Source: Bugula neritina
Lineage: Eukaryota; Animalia; Bryozoa
Reading direction: 5' to 3'
DNA length: 64,000 nt
NCBI GenBank assembly: GCA_964035545.1
Contig: OZ037770.1
Location: 124,001 to 188,000, forward strand
In this document: piece by piece, positions 49,816-63,700 of the stretch
Numbering within the stretch: the first letter of the stretch is position 1
Layout of the letters: the number at the start of each line of letters is the position of its first letter
Made by a program: the position numbers and the translations under genes
Notes under the pieces: model-generated
Seen by the model: the letters and a program-made list of their open reading frames with translations, nothing else
Told to the model about the DNA's origin: nothing
Database searches by the model: none

Positions 49816-51445
49816 ATATAATACAATATGAATTATAGTATAGTATATTATACTACTTTGTTCTATCAGCTAGCAGGGAGTTCAGGATGAAATCTTTCTT
49901 AAGCAATTTTCTTCACTTTAATTCAATGATTTAATGAGTTTTATAATAAATAAACAATCACATAAACAGCAGGTTTTACCTAAGGGGTGCTGTATATAAC
50001 TGCAGTGAGTTAAATATTTTATTTAGATGTCACAGAATATGAAAACGATCAGAATATAGAGTGAAAAGTGAGAAGATTATGAAAACAAGCAGCAACTTGC
50101 TGAACATGGGAAAATTATTTTAAAACAATTACAAAACATATCATGTGCTGAATTGAGTCCCGGAGTTAAACCCTTGTCACTAAATGCTGTAACACAGCTG
50201 TGGACTTCCTTTCAACTGGGACCTGCAGGGCAGAGCAGTGCTTGTAGCAGTGATGTCAACTTACAGCCTTAGGCTATAGCGGATAGCAGGGCACTTGAGT
50301 AATGACAGAGTCACACTTGAGTATTGATAGAGTCAGCTAAAGCAAAATGGCTGTCACAAAAACAATTTCAGTTTAGTTTTTTTATAATTTGCCAGTGTTT
50401 AGAATTTGAGTTTCTCATCACAGAGTTATTAGAAGCCATTAAAATTTGAATTTTTGAATTCAGTGCTCATTTTATTCAGCCCTTCTAGGAGCTTAAGACA
50501 GTGTCAGTAGAAGTAGACACGGGGATTCGCTACATGTTAGAGAGACATTTCAGTGTGTTCTATTTATAGTGCTTTGAGCATACAATAACTGAATGACAAA
50601 ACTATAATATTGTTATTATAACTTTATTTCAAGCATGAAACAATATAATGATTATAAATATAAATATAAAGTTGATTTCCAACACGTAGCACCAGGGAGT
50701 CATATTCAGAATATATTACAGAATAATTTACTAACTTTACAGCCACAGTAAGAATAAGTTATATACATATACATTCAAGTATTTCAATTATTAGGATTTA
50801 TTGTTACTTGTTAAATAGATTTTATAAATATTTGCCAACAGTATAGTATATCATCACAGTAAAGGTGTCAGCTGGTATGTTGAGAGAAGTAGTATAGAGG
50901 TGTCAGCTGGTATGTTGAGAGAAGTAGTAGAGGTGTCAGCTGGTATGTTGAGGGAAGAAGTAGAAGTGTCAGCTGGTATGTTGAGAGAAGAAGTAGAAGT
51001 GTCAGCTGGTATGTTGATACCTCTGTAGGCAGTTGACCCTCTTGTACCCCTGAAACATATGAAATAATTTATTTAGTCAACTAACATCTACTCTAGTTTC
51101 TGCATAACATTAAAATATGCACAATAAATAAATATGCACAATAAATAAATTAAATATTTAGCATTTAACACGATTTACCTGTTAGTATAAAGCTGATACA
51201 CCAAAGAGCATAAAGGAGTTGCCTTGTGTTGTTAAACTTCTCTCAATGAAGGATAGAACTTCTTTTATTGTTACATCTTTTAGATCTGAAACACACAGCT
51301 AGTGGGTATATAAAACCTCAATGCTTGTTAATACATAGAAACTATTATACATTTCTTATTATATGTGGACAAAGTAGTCATTAGCTATAACTTGGAGTTA
51401 TCTTGTCTTCATAGTAAACATTAAATAGCAACTTACTGTTATTTC

Positions 51446-52420
51446 TCAGAAGAAAGCCGACACCATTTCTAACAGTTGACTCTCTTCCAGGTCTAATTGG
51501 CTCTGGTATGTATCTGCGTTGTCATGGTAACCACCATGATCTGGAGAGGTCAGCGTGGCCTGAGGTCGATATTGTTGGCAAGGGTAGTTGTAGTCGGTAC
51601 TTTGAAAGTTCCACGAGTTGGAATCACATCTGTTGTGATTGCTGATTGGCTGAAGAGGAGTGCTGTAAGAGTTTCCGTAGCTCGAGCTTTGAATCTGATT
51701 ATTTTCAGCGTAGAGGGTGGGTGTGCAGGCGTTCCAATGTTCTCCTGCAGATGAGAAGCTTCCAGGTGATGAAACGGAGTCGGAGTAACTGTTGGTGCCT
51801 TCACTACTGCCAGGGGACATGCAGCTTCCGTCTGTGGAGTTGTCTGCCTCGTCTAGAGCTTTCTGCAGCTCTCGGATGTAGGAGATAGCAGCTTGTAGCG
51901 TGTCCACTTTGCTCATCTTCTTAGCTCTGAACTCTGGCGGTACGTGATTGGCCAGGGTGACAAAACCTGTCAACAGGAAATGTTAATACTCCGTCAAGGT
52001 TACTGAATACAGAAACTAATATCTAACATCACAGAGTTAAGCCAATGAAACTCAACCACATTGATTGTCACGTCAAGTTAACCACTGAAAGTATAGCCAG
52101 TGTTCTACGTGTAGCTCAGCTTCTTAGTAGATAGAAGTTGTCTTACCTTGATTCACAACTCTCACTCTATTTCGCTCTCTGGTGTTTCTCTTGGTCACAG
52201 TGTGGGGTCGGGGGTGCGTCAGGGCCTTCTTACTGAAGTGAATTCTGCGCTTGACCTCGGGGCTAGACATTGAGTTCTCCTTCTCCATTCCCTCACTCTT
52301 CGGTAGAATAGGCTGCACGGCTGTCCGCTGCCGCTGTTGAGGTGACAGGACAATGACCTTCGCTGCCGGATAAGTGGTGCCGTGTATTGTCACGGGTCCA
52401 TTGAGCTCTAGAGTAGCCAT
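51446..52420 (-). CDS. ASCL: Achaete-scute family proneural bHLH transcription factor, two exons, 264 aa
   Basis: Exon 1 52420-52147 (..TVTKRNTRERNRVRVVNQ) plus exon 2 51966-51446 (GFVTLANHVP..KKMSKVDTLQAAISYIRELQ..EESQLLEMVSAFF*). Phase-1 GT-AG intron of 180 bp. ASC-type basic region and acidic C-terminal motif. Confidence 0.93.
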
Positions 52421-52479
52421 GTTGTTAGTGTCTGTACCGTGCTGTATGCTAGCTGTTATGAGATGGATATTAAATTTCC

Positions 52480-52600
52480 TCCATTTATACTCTTTATAAA
52501 GTGAAGGCTCCGCCTTAACAGGTGCTGGCAGGTGTCTGCTCGAATCTGATTGGCTGCCTCAAACAAAAGTGTGCTCAGATAGCACTGGCACGCTTATAAA
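52480..52600 (-). promoter_or_regulatory. ASCL proximal promoter
   Basis: TATAAA on minus at 52489-52484 and 52498-52493, two CAGGTG E-boxes (52519, 52529), CCAAT box (about 52549), partial class C site GGCACGC (about 52587). Confidence 0.55.
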
Positions 52601-54194
52601 CCAGTTTTATTGAAAGATAAAAACTCTTATCTGAATTTAAAAAAGAGTTGAGAGTATAACAGGCAGTTACAAAGTGACTTCCATTAGTTTTCATGTTTTT
52701 CTTGTGACTGTAAAAAGAACAATTACTCCTTTCTGTTAAATTAATTATTTGTTATTTGCCAGTTGTAAGCATGAAAAGTGTTAATGTAAAGCTGTCCATC
52801 TGATAAGTGTGACATGCTAATTACATTCTCTAAGTCTTTCCTCTCTCCACTAATTGGTGGTTGACCTCAGAGAGAACTAATATACATTATATATTAACTA
52901 GACTGACTGAGGTGTATATATAGTAATACATTATATATTAAATTAGATTGATTTGAATTCTCGTGTTACCTCTGATTGGATGAAAGTTGCAGTATCATTA
53001 TATAATCAGTCACAAAACTCATTACGGATTCCCACCATTTGCATTACAATAAAGTTATAATAATCTACTGCATACCATTATGCATGGCTTTGCCCAACAC
53101 TGTGTATAAAATACTCCTCATGCACTTACTACAAGGAAATGCTCAACAATAACTAGACAATTTAATTACACTGCAATTACACCGAGTTCTATAATTAATT
53201 CAGCATTACGTTTAGTTCTAATGTTTAAAATATCTTTTATATATTAATGACTTCTCAACACTACAATGAGCTCTAGTATTAAAATATTCTTGATAATATA
53301 GTAATATAGTATCATACATGATGCTATATACTTTAATATATAATATAGTATTAAGGTATGATATAATATCATAATATGTAAACATAACATAGTATATATG
53401 CTCCTATATTATAATATTTTATAAGAATATTGTAAGCTAAATAGGGTGGTAGTTCTCTATTGAAAACTTTTGTAACTAAACTAAGAAGGTTTATTCTTTC
53501 AGACAACAAAACAAGAGATGAAATCTGCACGGAACAGATCTGCAGGTGACTTGTGTTTACACAAAGACCGGGTTTACTGCGGCATGTAATGGCCCTTGCA
53601 CTAAGACCAGTCTTATAGTAATCTCTACATATAAATTCTATCTCACTGCTAACTTTGTGTTTGAAGTTTCATAAATTTAATGGCCCTGTTAGTGATAGCT
53701 CATTAATAAATACTACTAATTACTCAAAGTCTAAAACCAACCCTGACTTGTAATGGATGCGGTATATTAACCCCCCCCCCCCTTCAGCTGTGTGCAGAGC
53801 CAGTGGGAAATTGGGTTAAACTGATTTTACACATTATATTAAAGGGGTAGATGAATCTGGTCACATGATGAGATGCTAGCCGGATAGGCATAAAAACTAC
53901 CATCACATCACAAGTCATTCAGCATCTATTGAGAATTAGGCTATAACACTTGTTCTTAGCAGTTTGGTGTGCATATTGACTAGTTATTTATGACTACTTT
54001 AGCTCTGAAATATTTCCCTGAAAAGTTTAGCTTCACAACTCGCCACATTTAGGTTAGTAGTTTGTTAGGCTGATATTGGGCTGATTTGTTCTATTGCCCC
54101 GTTCGTTGTTATAAAGTAGTACCGCATCTAGCAAGCTATACGTTTATTAGAAGAAATATATGAGGTTATAATTTCATGTCAGTCTGAGAGGCAG

Positions 54195-55050
54195 AGCACA
54201 TGCTGGATGTGTCGTCTCAGAGCACATACTGAATGTGTCGTCTCAGAGCACATGCTGAATGTGTCATCCCAGAGCACATACTGGATGTGTCATCCCAGAG
54301 CACATGCTGAATGTGTCATCTCAAAGCACATACTGGATGTGTCATCCCAGAGCACATGCTGAATGTGTCATCCCAGAGCACATGCTGAATGTGTCATCTA
54401 CTACTACATCACAGAGCACATGCTCATTTAGACCCGACCATATATTATGAGATGCACACTTGAAACTTAATTATTTATTTATTTATTTTACTTGAATTCT
54501 CAGACATTTGGTCTCTGAGATTTAAATTAAGCATTGTTGACATTATTACATTTTCATTCCACTCACTCTCACACTTGCTACTTGGCACGTAAATAGGAAA
54601 TAGAAATTCAGAATTACACAATTAAATGTTAATATTCGCACGATTAACTACTCAAAGAAATCTGCTCATTAAACTAGGCAGATTTCAGGGAAATACTAAT
54701 TTATCTGTCAGCAATAATATTTGTAGTTGAATGATCAGTTGGTTGATAAATAAACAACAAAAATGAAAGAGTCTAAGCACAACTATGGTAAGCTTAAGCA
54801 AAGAGAGTATATATATTACTGTAACACTTGTATACCAAAGAGTATATATTACTGTAACACTTGTATATAACAAAGAGTATATATTACTGTAACACTTGTA
54901 TATAACAAAGAGTATATATTACTGTAACACTTGTATAACAAAGAGTATATATTACTGTAACACTTGTATAACAAAGAGTATATATTACTGTAACACTTGT
55001 ATAACAAAGAGTATATATATTACTGTAACACTTGTATACCAAAGAGTATA
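54195..55050. repeat. 29-bp (54195-54422) and about 32-bp (54802-55050) minisatellites upstream of ASCL
   Basis: Units CAGAGCACATGCTGAATGTGTCATCC-like and AAAGAGTATATATTACTGTAACACTTGTATAAC. Confidence 0.9.
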
Positions 55051-55269
55051 CATCTACATGACCCTAGATCTATTTCTATTGTGGAGATATAAAATTGATT
55101 CATTCAAATGTGTGAAAACAACACAAGAATTATGTATGCAAAGTTCTTCTTTATCTGTTTTCATATCAAAGGAGATTTTATTCATATCAGTTGGTGCCGA
55201 GTGCACATCAAATTCTATTCAATTCAAACATAAAAACCTGCATGTATATTCTTCTTGTTTCATCATATA

Positions 55270-58200
55270 AATACTAAGTTTATCCACTCTACACTCTACC
55301 AATATAACAAACACATTATATACTATAGCATCCCTTTTACCAATTGTCTTTCAGAATTCCAGTCTAAAACAAATACTTTTGAAGTTTTCAAGTCTTTAGC
55401 ACCTCCATTATGGCTAATTTACATTTAACAAAAGAGCAATGAAGTAAAGCAAACAAATTCAGTTCATCTCTTTTATTCACTCACTGATTTATGTTGACTC
55501 AAAATGGCTACTCTAACTCTTCCTTTCATACAAACTAATTTTATTAGGAATTCACTGAACATGAACAATATGAGCTGAAGAGAGACTCGTGTCAAGGTCA
55601 CTATTGTATGTTTATTATACTCTATGTAATGGTACAAAGTTGCCTGCAGTCTAGAAATTGGTTAAGATTTTATATCTTATTTTAAACAATACTTCAAGTT
55701 TTATCTATAGATAGATTTTTATGTCACATATAACCAGATTAAGGATTAGGATCCAACATTATTATTTATTTTATGTTTACAGCCCTTTTCTTAATTAATT
55801 AGAGAATTTCAGAGAGTCTGGGTATGATAAAAACTACTTTCAATAACTCCACTTACTTGGCCAAAGAAGTGGAAAACAAAAATTAACGAAATATTTCTAT
55901 TTTCAGTTTTAATTAATCAAAAAAATACCTTTAATAAATTGCCTTTGCTTTTTCAACTGAAATTAATCTTTTTAATATTTTGTTCGCAGTATGTATACAC
56001 AACATAAATATACAGTATTCTATGTACAGTATTTCATGTTTAGTATGAGTTACGTGCAGTATATGTTAAGTAGAGTAATCATGTTACCTACAGCATGGTG
56101 ATATTGAGACATACACTAACCTGCACATACCTGTGGCTATAAATAGATCTACTACCTGCAGCAGGTGTGCAGACATAATAACAGTGCTAAGTGGTAAATA
56201 CTAGAAACTGATACATAATTAGTTAGTGTTTGGTGGATCATTCACTCTGGTGACAAGAAACTGAGATTGTCTCTACTTCAACCCATCTCAATACCATCTT
56301 CAACTTTCTCATATCATAATATTACAACTCCTCCATTCTCTCTCTTTATCTCAATATTATTTACTTCCTGTCAATATTTACTCCTCATTCTTTTCATCTT
56401 CTAATATATTTTCCTTTCAACAAATAAGTTTCAAATTGCTTAAAACTATCTAATTCTATGTTTAACTTATACTATTAGCATCCATTACCAAGTAGCTTTG
56501 TGCTGATTATACTACATAATCCACACAGCAAGTCTACCTGCTCACAATCAGTATTATTATACAGTAAAGTAATGTTAGATGTGCTGAGGATATGATGAGA
56601 GTTACTGTTTGTATTCACATGTGTTTATACTAACTACACTCTCACTATAATAACATTCCATTGAAATAAATTGATAGGAAAAACACACCAACCTCAATCT
56701 GTATCAGCTACCTTTTTATAACAGTAATTATCTTGTATTTGTTTAATATTGTTTTCTTACATTTAAATCATTACATTATGCATTGAGAGTATTCTAGGTT
56801 GCATGAAGAACATAGAAATATACATCAACACTATTTGTTGTGATTTTAAAATAATATTATCTTTACAACATAACAATAGCCATTAATATATCATAGTACC
56901 TGCACACACCTGTATTGGCAGAGTGTGTAGCTTTGATGTTCAGTGGGTATACAATACCATCTCTACTAAACAAATAAACTATTTAACACTAAGTATGATG
57001 GACATTAGCCTACAGCTATATTTCTATTCAATCACATATACTGTGATATATGCATTATCTGTATTTTAATATTATATAATATTCCTACATTTATATAATG
57101 ACAAGCTAATGGTATTGTATGAACACAATAATTGTAACTTAAGTTTGTTGTTGTGAAGTTCTATGAGTTCAACAAATGAAAGTCTAAACATGCTGAAAAC
57201 AATTAGAGTTTGATTTGGTAGACATTCAGGAAACCTTACAAAGTCAACTTAATAAACACATTCAATGTGTTATTATTTAACAAATATATTACATATTAGT
57301 AAATAAACACAAATATATTACATACTTAGTATAGAGTTAGAAACCATACAGTGTATAGATTGAATAGGAAATATTATGATAAGTTGTGATAATCAGTGAG
57401 TGACAGTGATTGGATTAAACACTCACTAGTCTTGCTTTACTCATTCCTATTATTGCGAAATATGAATTATTTTTATGTAGTTATAAGCATATTAATTATT
57501 ATTTTAGTTATTTACAAATTTTTCATATTCTATGAAATCATTATAAACAATTTAACTCCCTCCAAGTTGAAAAACACCCAAAGCACTTATTTAAACAAAC
57601 TTAAAGAAGAACACAATGCAAGCAGAATATATCTAGAATGTTTGAAGTCAACAACTGGTTGTTTGATCAGAGATGAAATATAAACATTGACTTGAGGTTG
57701 GTGCGTCTCTTTCTGTGTATCTTCTCCCAGCTCCATGTTTATCCTGTCTACTGTATACTATTACATGAGCTTTCCACTGCACACTCTACAATGTCTACTC
57801 CACTTTCTATCTTGAATAATATGCTTCAAATTTTATAAAGAAAACAAATAATGGAGGAGAATATAGAGTGAGGGAGAGTAAACACTCTAGCTGACTTAGT
57901 GACGGTTTTGGTGAGCAAAGTGGTGCTACTCTGCACACTCAAGTCTTCTTCAAGTCCTACTTGATTCCCAGCTGAGTGAGTAACAGTAGCTAACAGAACC
58001 AACAGTAAACAATCCACTCTAACATCATTGTATATTTTCGAAGCATCATGAACTGGCTTGTAATATAATTCAATATATTTTCAGATGAAACTATATTTGC
58101 TGTAAAACATTTCGTTATCTATCAAAGTTACAATAAGATTTTTCCCAATTGAATTGATACTTCACTCTTTCTACTACTATGGCATTATGATGTTTCTTTG

Positions 58201-58500
58201 GTGAATGTATATACACATCCCTCTAAGATGCTCCTGAGAGTGTATTAGCAAGTGCTCTAAGGTGTGAGCAAGTGTTCTAAGGTGTGAGCAAGTGTCATCA
58301 CTGTCTCCTTGACAACCACAACCAGTGCTCTCCTCTACTCTCTATTATATCAGTAAACTATCACTACCATGCAATATAATTATCTACCAGTAAGTAAGTC
58401 AACATAAATAAGAGTTGTGAGTATTTAGAGCACTTCAATTAGTGATAAGAAAGTATTAAGATGTCTACTCCTCACTCTAGCCCTTGCCCTCATAACTTAT
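55270..58500. repeat. Left arm of large inverted duplication
   Basis: Reverse complement of about 60740-64000 throughout: the window end matches 55270, and ORF pairs 57396-57683/61557-61844 and 57826-58017/61223-61414 mirror each other. High but imperfect identity. Confidence 0.95.
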
Positions 58501-59619
58501 TAACTACAGAGAGAAATATACAGCTAATTATACGGCACTTGTGCCGTTGTACAGATATAATAGTCATCCTACTTAACTTACTCTCTCAACATAATCAGAT
58601 AAGTGAGCATCAAATCTTAAACAATGAATTCTATCAAGTAAAACTGTTGTGTAAATCAGTAAATCTGATAAAACCTCAGATAAAATATGGGTTGGAGTCG
58701 AATTCATAGAATCTTATTAATCTCTATGAAGCTAGGCTTACAAAGTTTAATTATGTTTCAATAATTAATAATTAGCAGATTTTTCTTAGAGGATGTTGGC
58801 GACACTTGCACAGCCTTCAGGCAGTTATATTTGTATTGACAGTGTTGATGCTTTTAGTCTTGAGAATAGCGCCAAGAGCAGTTACATTTCCTCTCTCTAC
58901 TTGAGTAGATTATAGAGTATAGAGTATATACTATAGAGTATATACTATAGAGTATATAGTAGATTATAGAGTGTAGAGTATATTATAGAGTATATAGTAT
59001 AGAGTATATAGTATAGAGTATAGAGTACATGTATATAGTATATTATAGAATATAGAGTATATTATAGAGTATATTACAGAGTATATAGTATATAGCTACG
59101 TAGATCAATTATGTGACGACTGAGAGAGTAAGAATGAGTAGGAAATCTTATTTATAGAATTCTGAGTTGTGTAAACATCAGCAAGTAAATAGAATAGTGA
59201 GGGACCTTTTAAAGCACCGGACTCTAAGTTTGAATTTTACGTTTAGGATGCTAAGGGAACAAAGCGTGTAATTATATTCAGTTTCAACTCTTTGCTTGAA
59301 AAAATCAATGAAAATTGTTGTGATATTTGATTAGCTAGGACTCCTGTATGCTGTATTGTATGAGAGTCTTTAATCCCCCCCCCCCCCTTCTTTCACAGCT
59401 TACAGCATGAGTGTGTTAATATTGATCATTGTGCAATTAACTATGAAATACTATCCCAGCAGAAAAAACTTAACTAAGTAACAGTCACAATTGTTCATCC
59501 TTTACATCAGAAAACAGAGAAATTCTGCAACTTATGAAACATCCCACCACTTTATTAAATCATAAAATTTCTGTACTTAATGCTAAAAGTTATCTAACAC
59601 TAGATCACCTTGCCTACCC

Positions 59620-59710
59620 TGTCACTTGACATGGAGCACTTGCATGCAGGTGCTTGCTCTCTTCTAATTGGTTGGTTCTGATAATGAGAGACGCGTGCCT
59701 TCAAGTGCAT
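59620..59710. promoter_or_regulatory. Candidate proneural/Notch-pathway enhancer
   Basis: CACTTG at 59623, near-palindrome AGCACTTGCATGCAGGTGCT (59635-59654), GGCACGCGTC on minus (59699-59690; Hairy/E(spl) class C site), CAAGTG at 59702. Confidence 0.5.
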
Positions 59711-60739
59711 AAGTAAGTCTAGCTGTAGCCTCAATTCTTGAAAAACTTTGATAATAACATTTATAGTCTACAGAAATAACGCTATTGTTTTGAAGCCTTT
59801 CTAGTTTGTGAATTGAGGCTTTTGTTTTGGTTTTTTTAGCAGAGAAAAAAGTTTAATTTTGCAACACAATCACTTCAATTTAAGCCAACAGCTAAAGATT
59901 AGATGACCTACTCCCACTCTGTGATGGCGAAACTGGGATCTTATATTAATTATATTCTATTACTGAACTTCAAGCTTTCCAAAACTTACAAATCAGGAAA
60001 TTCTGAGGTTCATTTAAAAGCTAGCCTCTTTTACTTATGCAGAAGCAGTACGGAGAGCGGTATGAATCCCCAAACCCCAAACCCAATATTGTTTATTTGT
60101 GGAGTACGCAGCTTGCTATGCATACAGCAAACATTTTAATTAATATCGAGTGCTTGCACTATACTAATGTGAACTTAATTTGAGAAGCAGCATGACAAAC
60201 TGACCCTTTCGTTGCACAAACGGCTAATTAGTAGATATTCATGTTGTTACCAACAAAGCCTTAGGTGTATAGAACTGTTTCTCCTTAACCCAACGGCTAC
60301 AGTGAAATATGCCAGTTGTTTTAATATTCAAACTCCTTTTTGTTCTTAGAATAGAAAAATATATGCGTATGAAACTAAAAAGAAGCATGCAGTTGTGTTT
60401 TCTTTTGATTTGAGACTTCAACTCAGCTTATTTCTGTTTACTTGTATTTTCTTAGAATAAAAAGGCTGAAATGCACTGCAGAGACCTAAGTGGTCATATC
60501 TGAGGTTTTAATGAATTAATTAAAGTAATATTGAGGACAGCATGAGCTGACCACAAACATTACAAACAGATTTTACTAATTGGTGTGTAAGTAGTGAAGC
60601 TATTAGCAAGAGTAATTAGTAACAGTAGTAAGTAGAGTGAGTGGACCCTACAGTGGTGGATAGAGAGCTCTACAGTGGTGGATAGAGAGAGTAGTAACAA
60701 ATTATATTAACTATAATGTCATTCAGAATATGGAATAAT

Positions 60740-63700
60740 AAGTTATGATAAGAAGTTACAAGTGCTAAAGTAAGAAGTAGACATCTTAATACTTTCTTAT
60801 CACTAATTGAAGTGCTCTAAATACTCACAACTCTTATTTATGTTGACTTCTTACTGGTAGATAATTGTATTGCATGGTTGTGATAGTTTACTGATATAAT
60901 AAAGAGTAGAGGAGAGCACTGGTTGTGGTTGTCAAGGAGACAGTGATGACACTTGCTCACACCTTAGAGCACTTGCTCACACCTTAGAGCACTTGCTAAT
61001 ACACTCTCAGGAGCACCTTGAGGGACTGTCTACATCCACCAAAGAATCATCATAATGCTATAATATAGTAGAAAAATGGAAGCAGTTGGTAAAAATATTA
61101 ATACAACTTTGATAGATAACGAAATGTTTTACAGCAAATATAAACTTTTTATTTGAAAATAATATATTGAATTATATTACAAGCCAGTTCGTGATGCTTC
61201 GAAAATATACAATGATGTTAGAGTGGATTGTTTACTGTTGGTTCTGTTAGCTACTGTTACTCACTCAGCTGGGAATCAAGTAGAACTTGAAGAAGACTTG
61301 AGTGTGCAGAGTAGCACCACTTTACTCACCAAAACCGTCACTAAGTCAGCTAGAGTGTTTACTCTCCCTCACTCTATATTCTCCTCCATTATTTGTTTTC
61401 TTTATAAAATTTGAAGCATATTATTTAAGATAAAAAGTGGAGTAGACATTGTAGAGTGTGCAGTGGAAAGCTCATGTAATAGTATACAGTAGACAGGATA
61501 AACATGGAGCTGGGAGAAGATACACAGAAAGAGACGCACCAACCTCAAGTCAATGTTTATATTCCATCTCTGATCAAACAACCAGTTGTTGACTTCAAAC
61601 ATTCTAGATATATTCTGCTTGCATTGTGTTCTTCTTTAAGTTTGTTTGAATAAGTGCTTTGGGTGTTTTTCAAATTGGAGAGAGTTAAATTGTTTATAAT
61701 GATTTCACAGAACATCAAAAATTTGTCAATAACTAAAATAATAATTAATATGCTTATAAATACATAAAAATAATTCATATTTCGAAATAATAGGAATGAG
61801 TAAAGCAAGACTAGTGAGTGTTTAATCCAATCACTGTCACTCACTGATTATCACAACTTACCATAATATTTCCTATTCAATCTATACACTGTATGGTTTC
61901 TAACTCTATACTAAATATGTAATATATTTGTGTATATTTACTAATATGTAATATATTTGTGTTTATTTACTAAATATGTAATATATTTGTGTTTATTTAC
62001 TAAATAATAACACATTGAATGTGTTTATTAAGTTGACTCTGTAAGGTTTCCTGAATGTCTACCAAATCAAACTCTAATTGTTTTCAGCATGTTTAGACTT
62101 TCATTTGTTGAGCTCATGGAACTTCACAACAACAAACTTAAGTTATAATTATTGTGTTCATACAGTACCATTAGCTTGTCATTATATAAATGTAAGAATA
62201 TTATATAATATTAAAGTACAGATAATGCATACATCACAGTATATGTGATTGAATAGAGATATAGCTGTAGGCTAATGTCCATCATACTTAGTGTTACAGT
62301 TTATTTGTTAAGTAGAGATGGTATTGTATACCCACAGAACATCAAAGCTACACACACTGCCAATACAGGTGTGTGCAGGTACTATGATATATTAATGGCT
62401 ATTGTTATGTTGTAAAGATAATATTATTTTAAAATCACAACAAATAGTGTTGATGTATATTTCTATGTTCTTCATGCAACATAGAATACTCTCAATGCAT
62501 AATGTAATGATTTAAATGTAAGAAAACAATATTAAACAAATACAAGATAATTACTGTTATAAAAAGGTAGCTGATACAGATTGAAGTTGGTGTGTTTTTC
62601 CTATCAATTTATTTCAATGGAATGTTATTATAGTGAGAGTGTAGTTAGTATAAACACATGTGAATACAAACAGTAACTCCTATCATATCCTCAGCACATC
62701 TAACATTACTTTACTGTATAATAATACTGATTGTGAGGAGCTAGACTTGCTGTGTGGATTATGTAGTATAATTAGCACAAAGCTCCTTGGTAATGGATGC
62801 TAATAGTATAAGTTAAACATAGAATTGGATAGTTTAAGCAATTTGAAACTTATTTGTTGAAAGGAAAATATATTAGAAGATGAAAAGAATGAGGAGTAAA
62901 TATTGACAGGAAGTAAATAATATTGAGATAAAGAGAGAGAATGGAAGAGTTGTAATATTATGATATGAGAAAGTTGAAGATGGTATTGAGATGGGTTGAA
63001 GTAGAGACAATCTCAGTTTCTTGTCACCAGAGTGAATGATCCACCAAACACTAACTAATTATGTATCAGTTTCTAGTATTTACCACTTAGCATTGTTATT
63101 ATGTCTGCACACCTGCTGCAGGTAGTAAATCTATTTATAGCCACAGGTATGTGCAGGTTAGTGTATGTCTCAATAGCAACATGCTGTAGGTAACATGATT
63201 ACTCTACGTAACATATACTGCACGTAACTCATACTAAACATGAAATACTGTACATAGAATACTGTATATTTATGCTGTACATACATACTGTGAACTAAAT
63301 AATGAAGAAATTTAGATAAACCAACAAAAACAATTTATTTAGAACATGTTTTGGTTAATTTAAACTGAAAATAGAACTATTTCGTTAATTTATGATCTTT
63401 TACTTCTTTGGCCAAGTAAGTGGAGTTATTGAAAGTAATTTTTATCACCCAGATTCTCTGAAATTCTCTAATTAATTAAGAAAAGGGCTGTGAACATAAA
63501 ATAAATAATAATATTGGATCCTAATCTTTAATCTGATTGTTTGTGACATAAAAACCCATCTATAGATGAAACTTGAAATATTGTTTAAAATAAGATATAA
63601 AATCTTAACCAATTTCTAGACTGCAGGCAACTTTGTACCATTACATAGAGTATAATAAACACACAATAGTGCCCTCGACACGGGTCTTTCTTCCGCTCAT

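Noticed and set aside
57396-57683. 95-aa hydrophobic ORF duplicated in both arms
   Set aside because: AT-rich, GTG start, no domain; duplication is explained by the inverted repeat.
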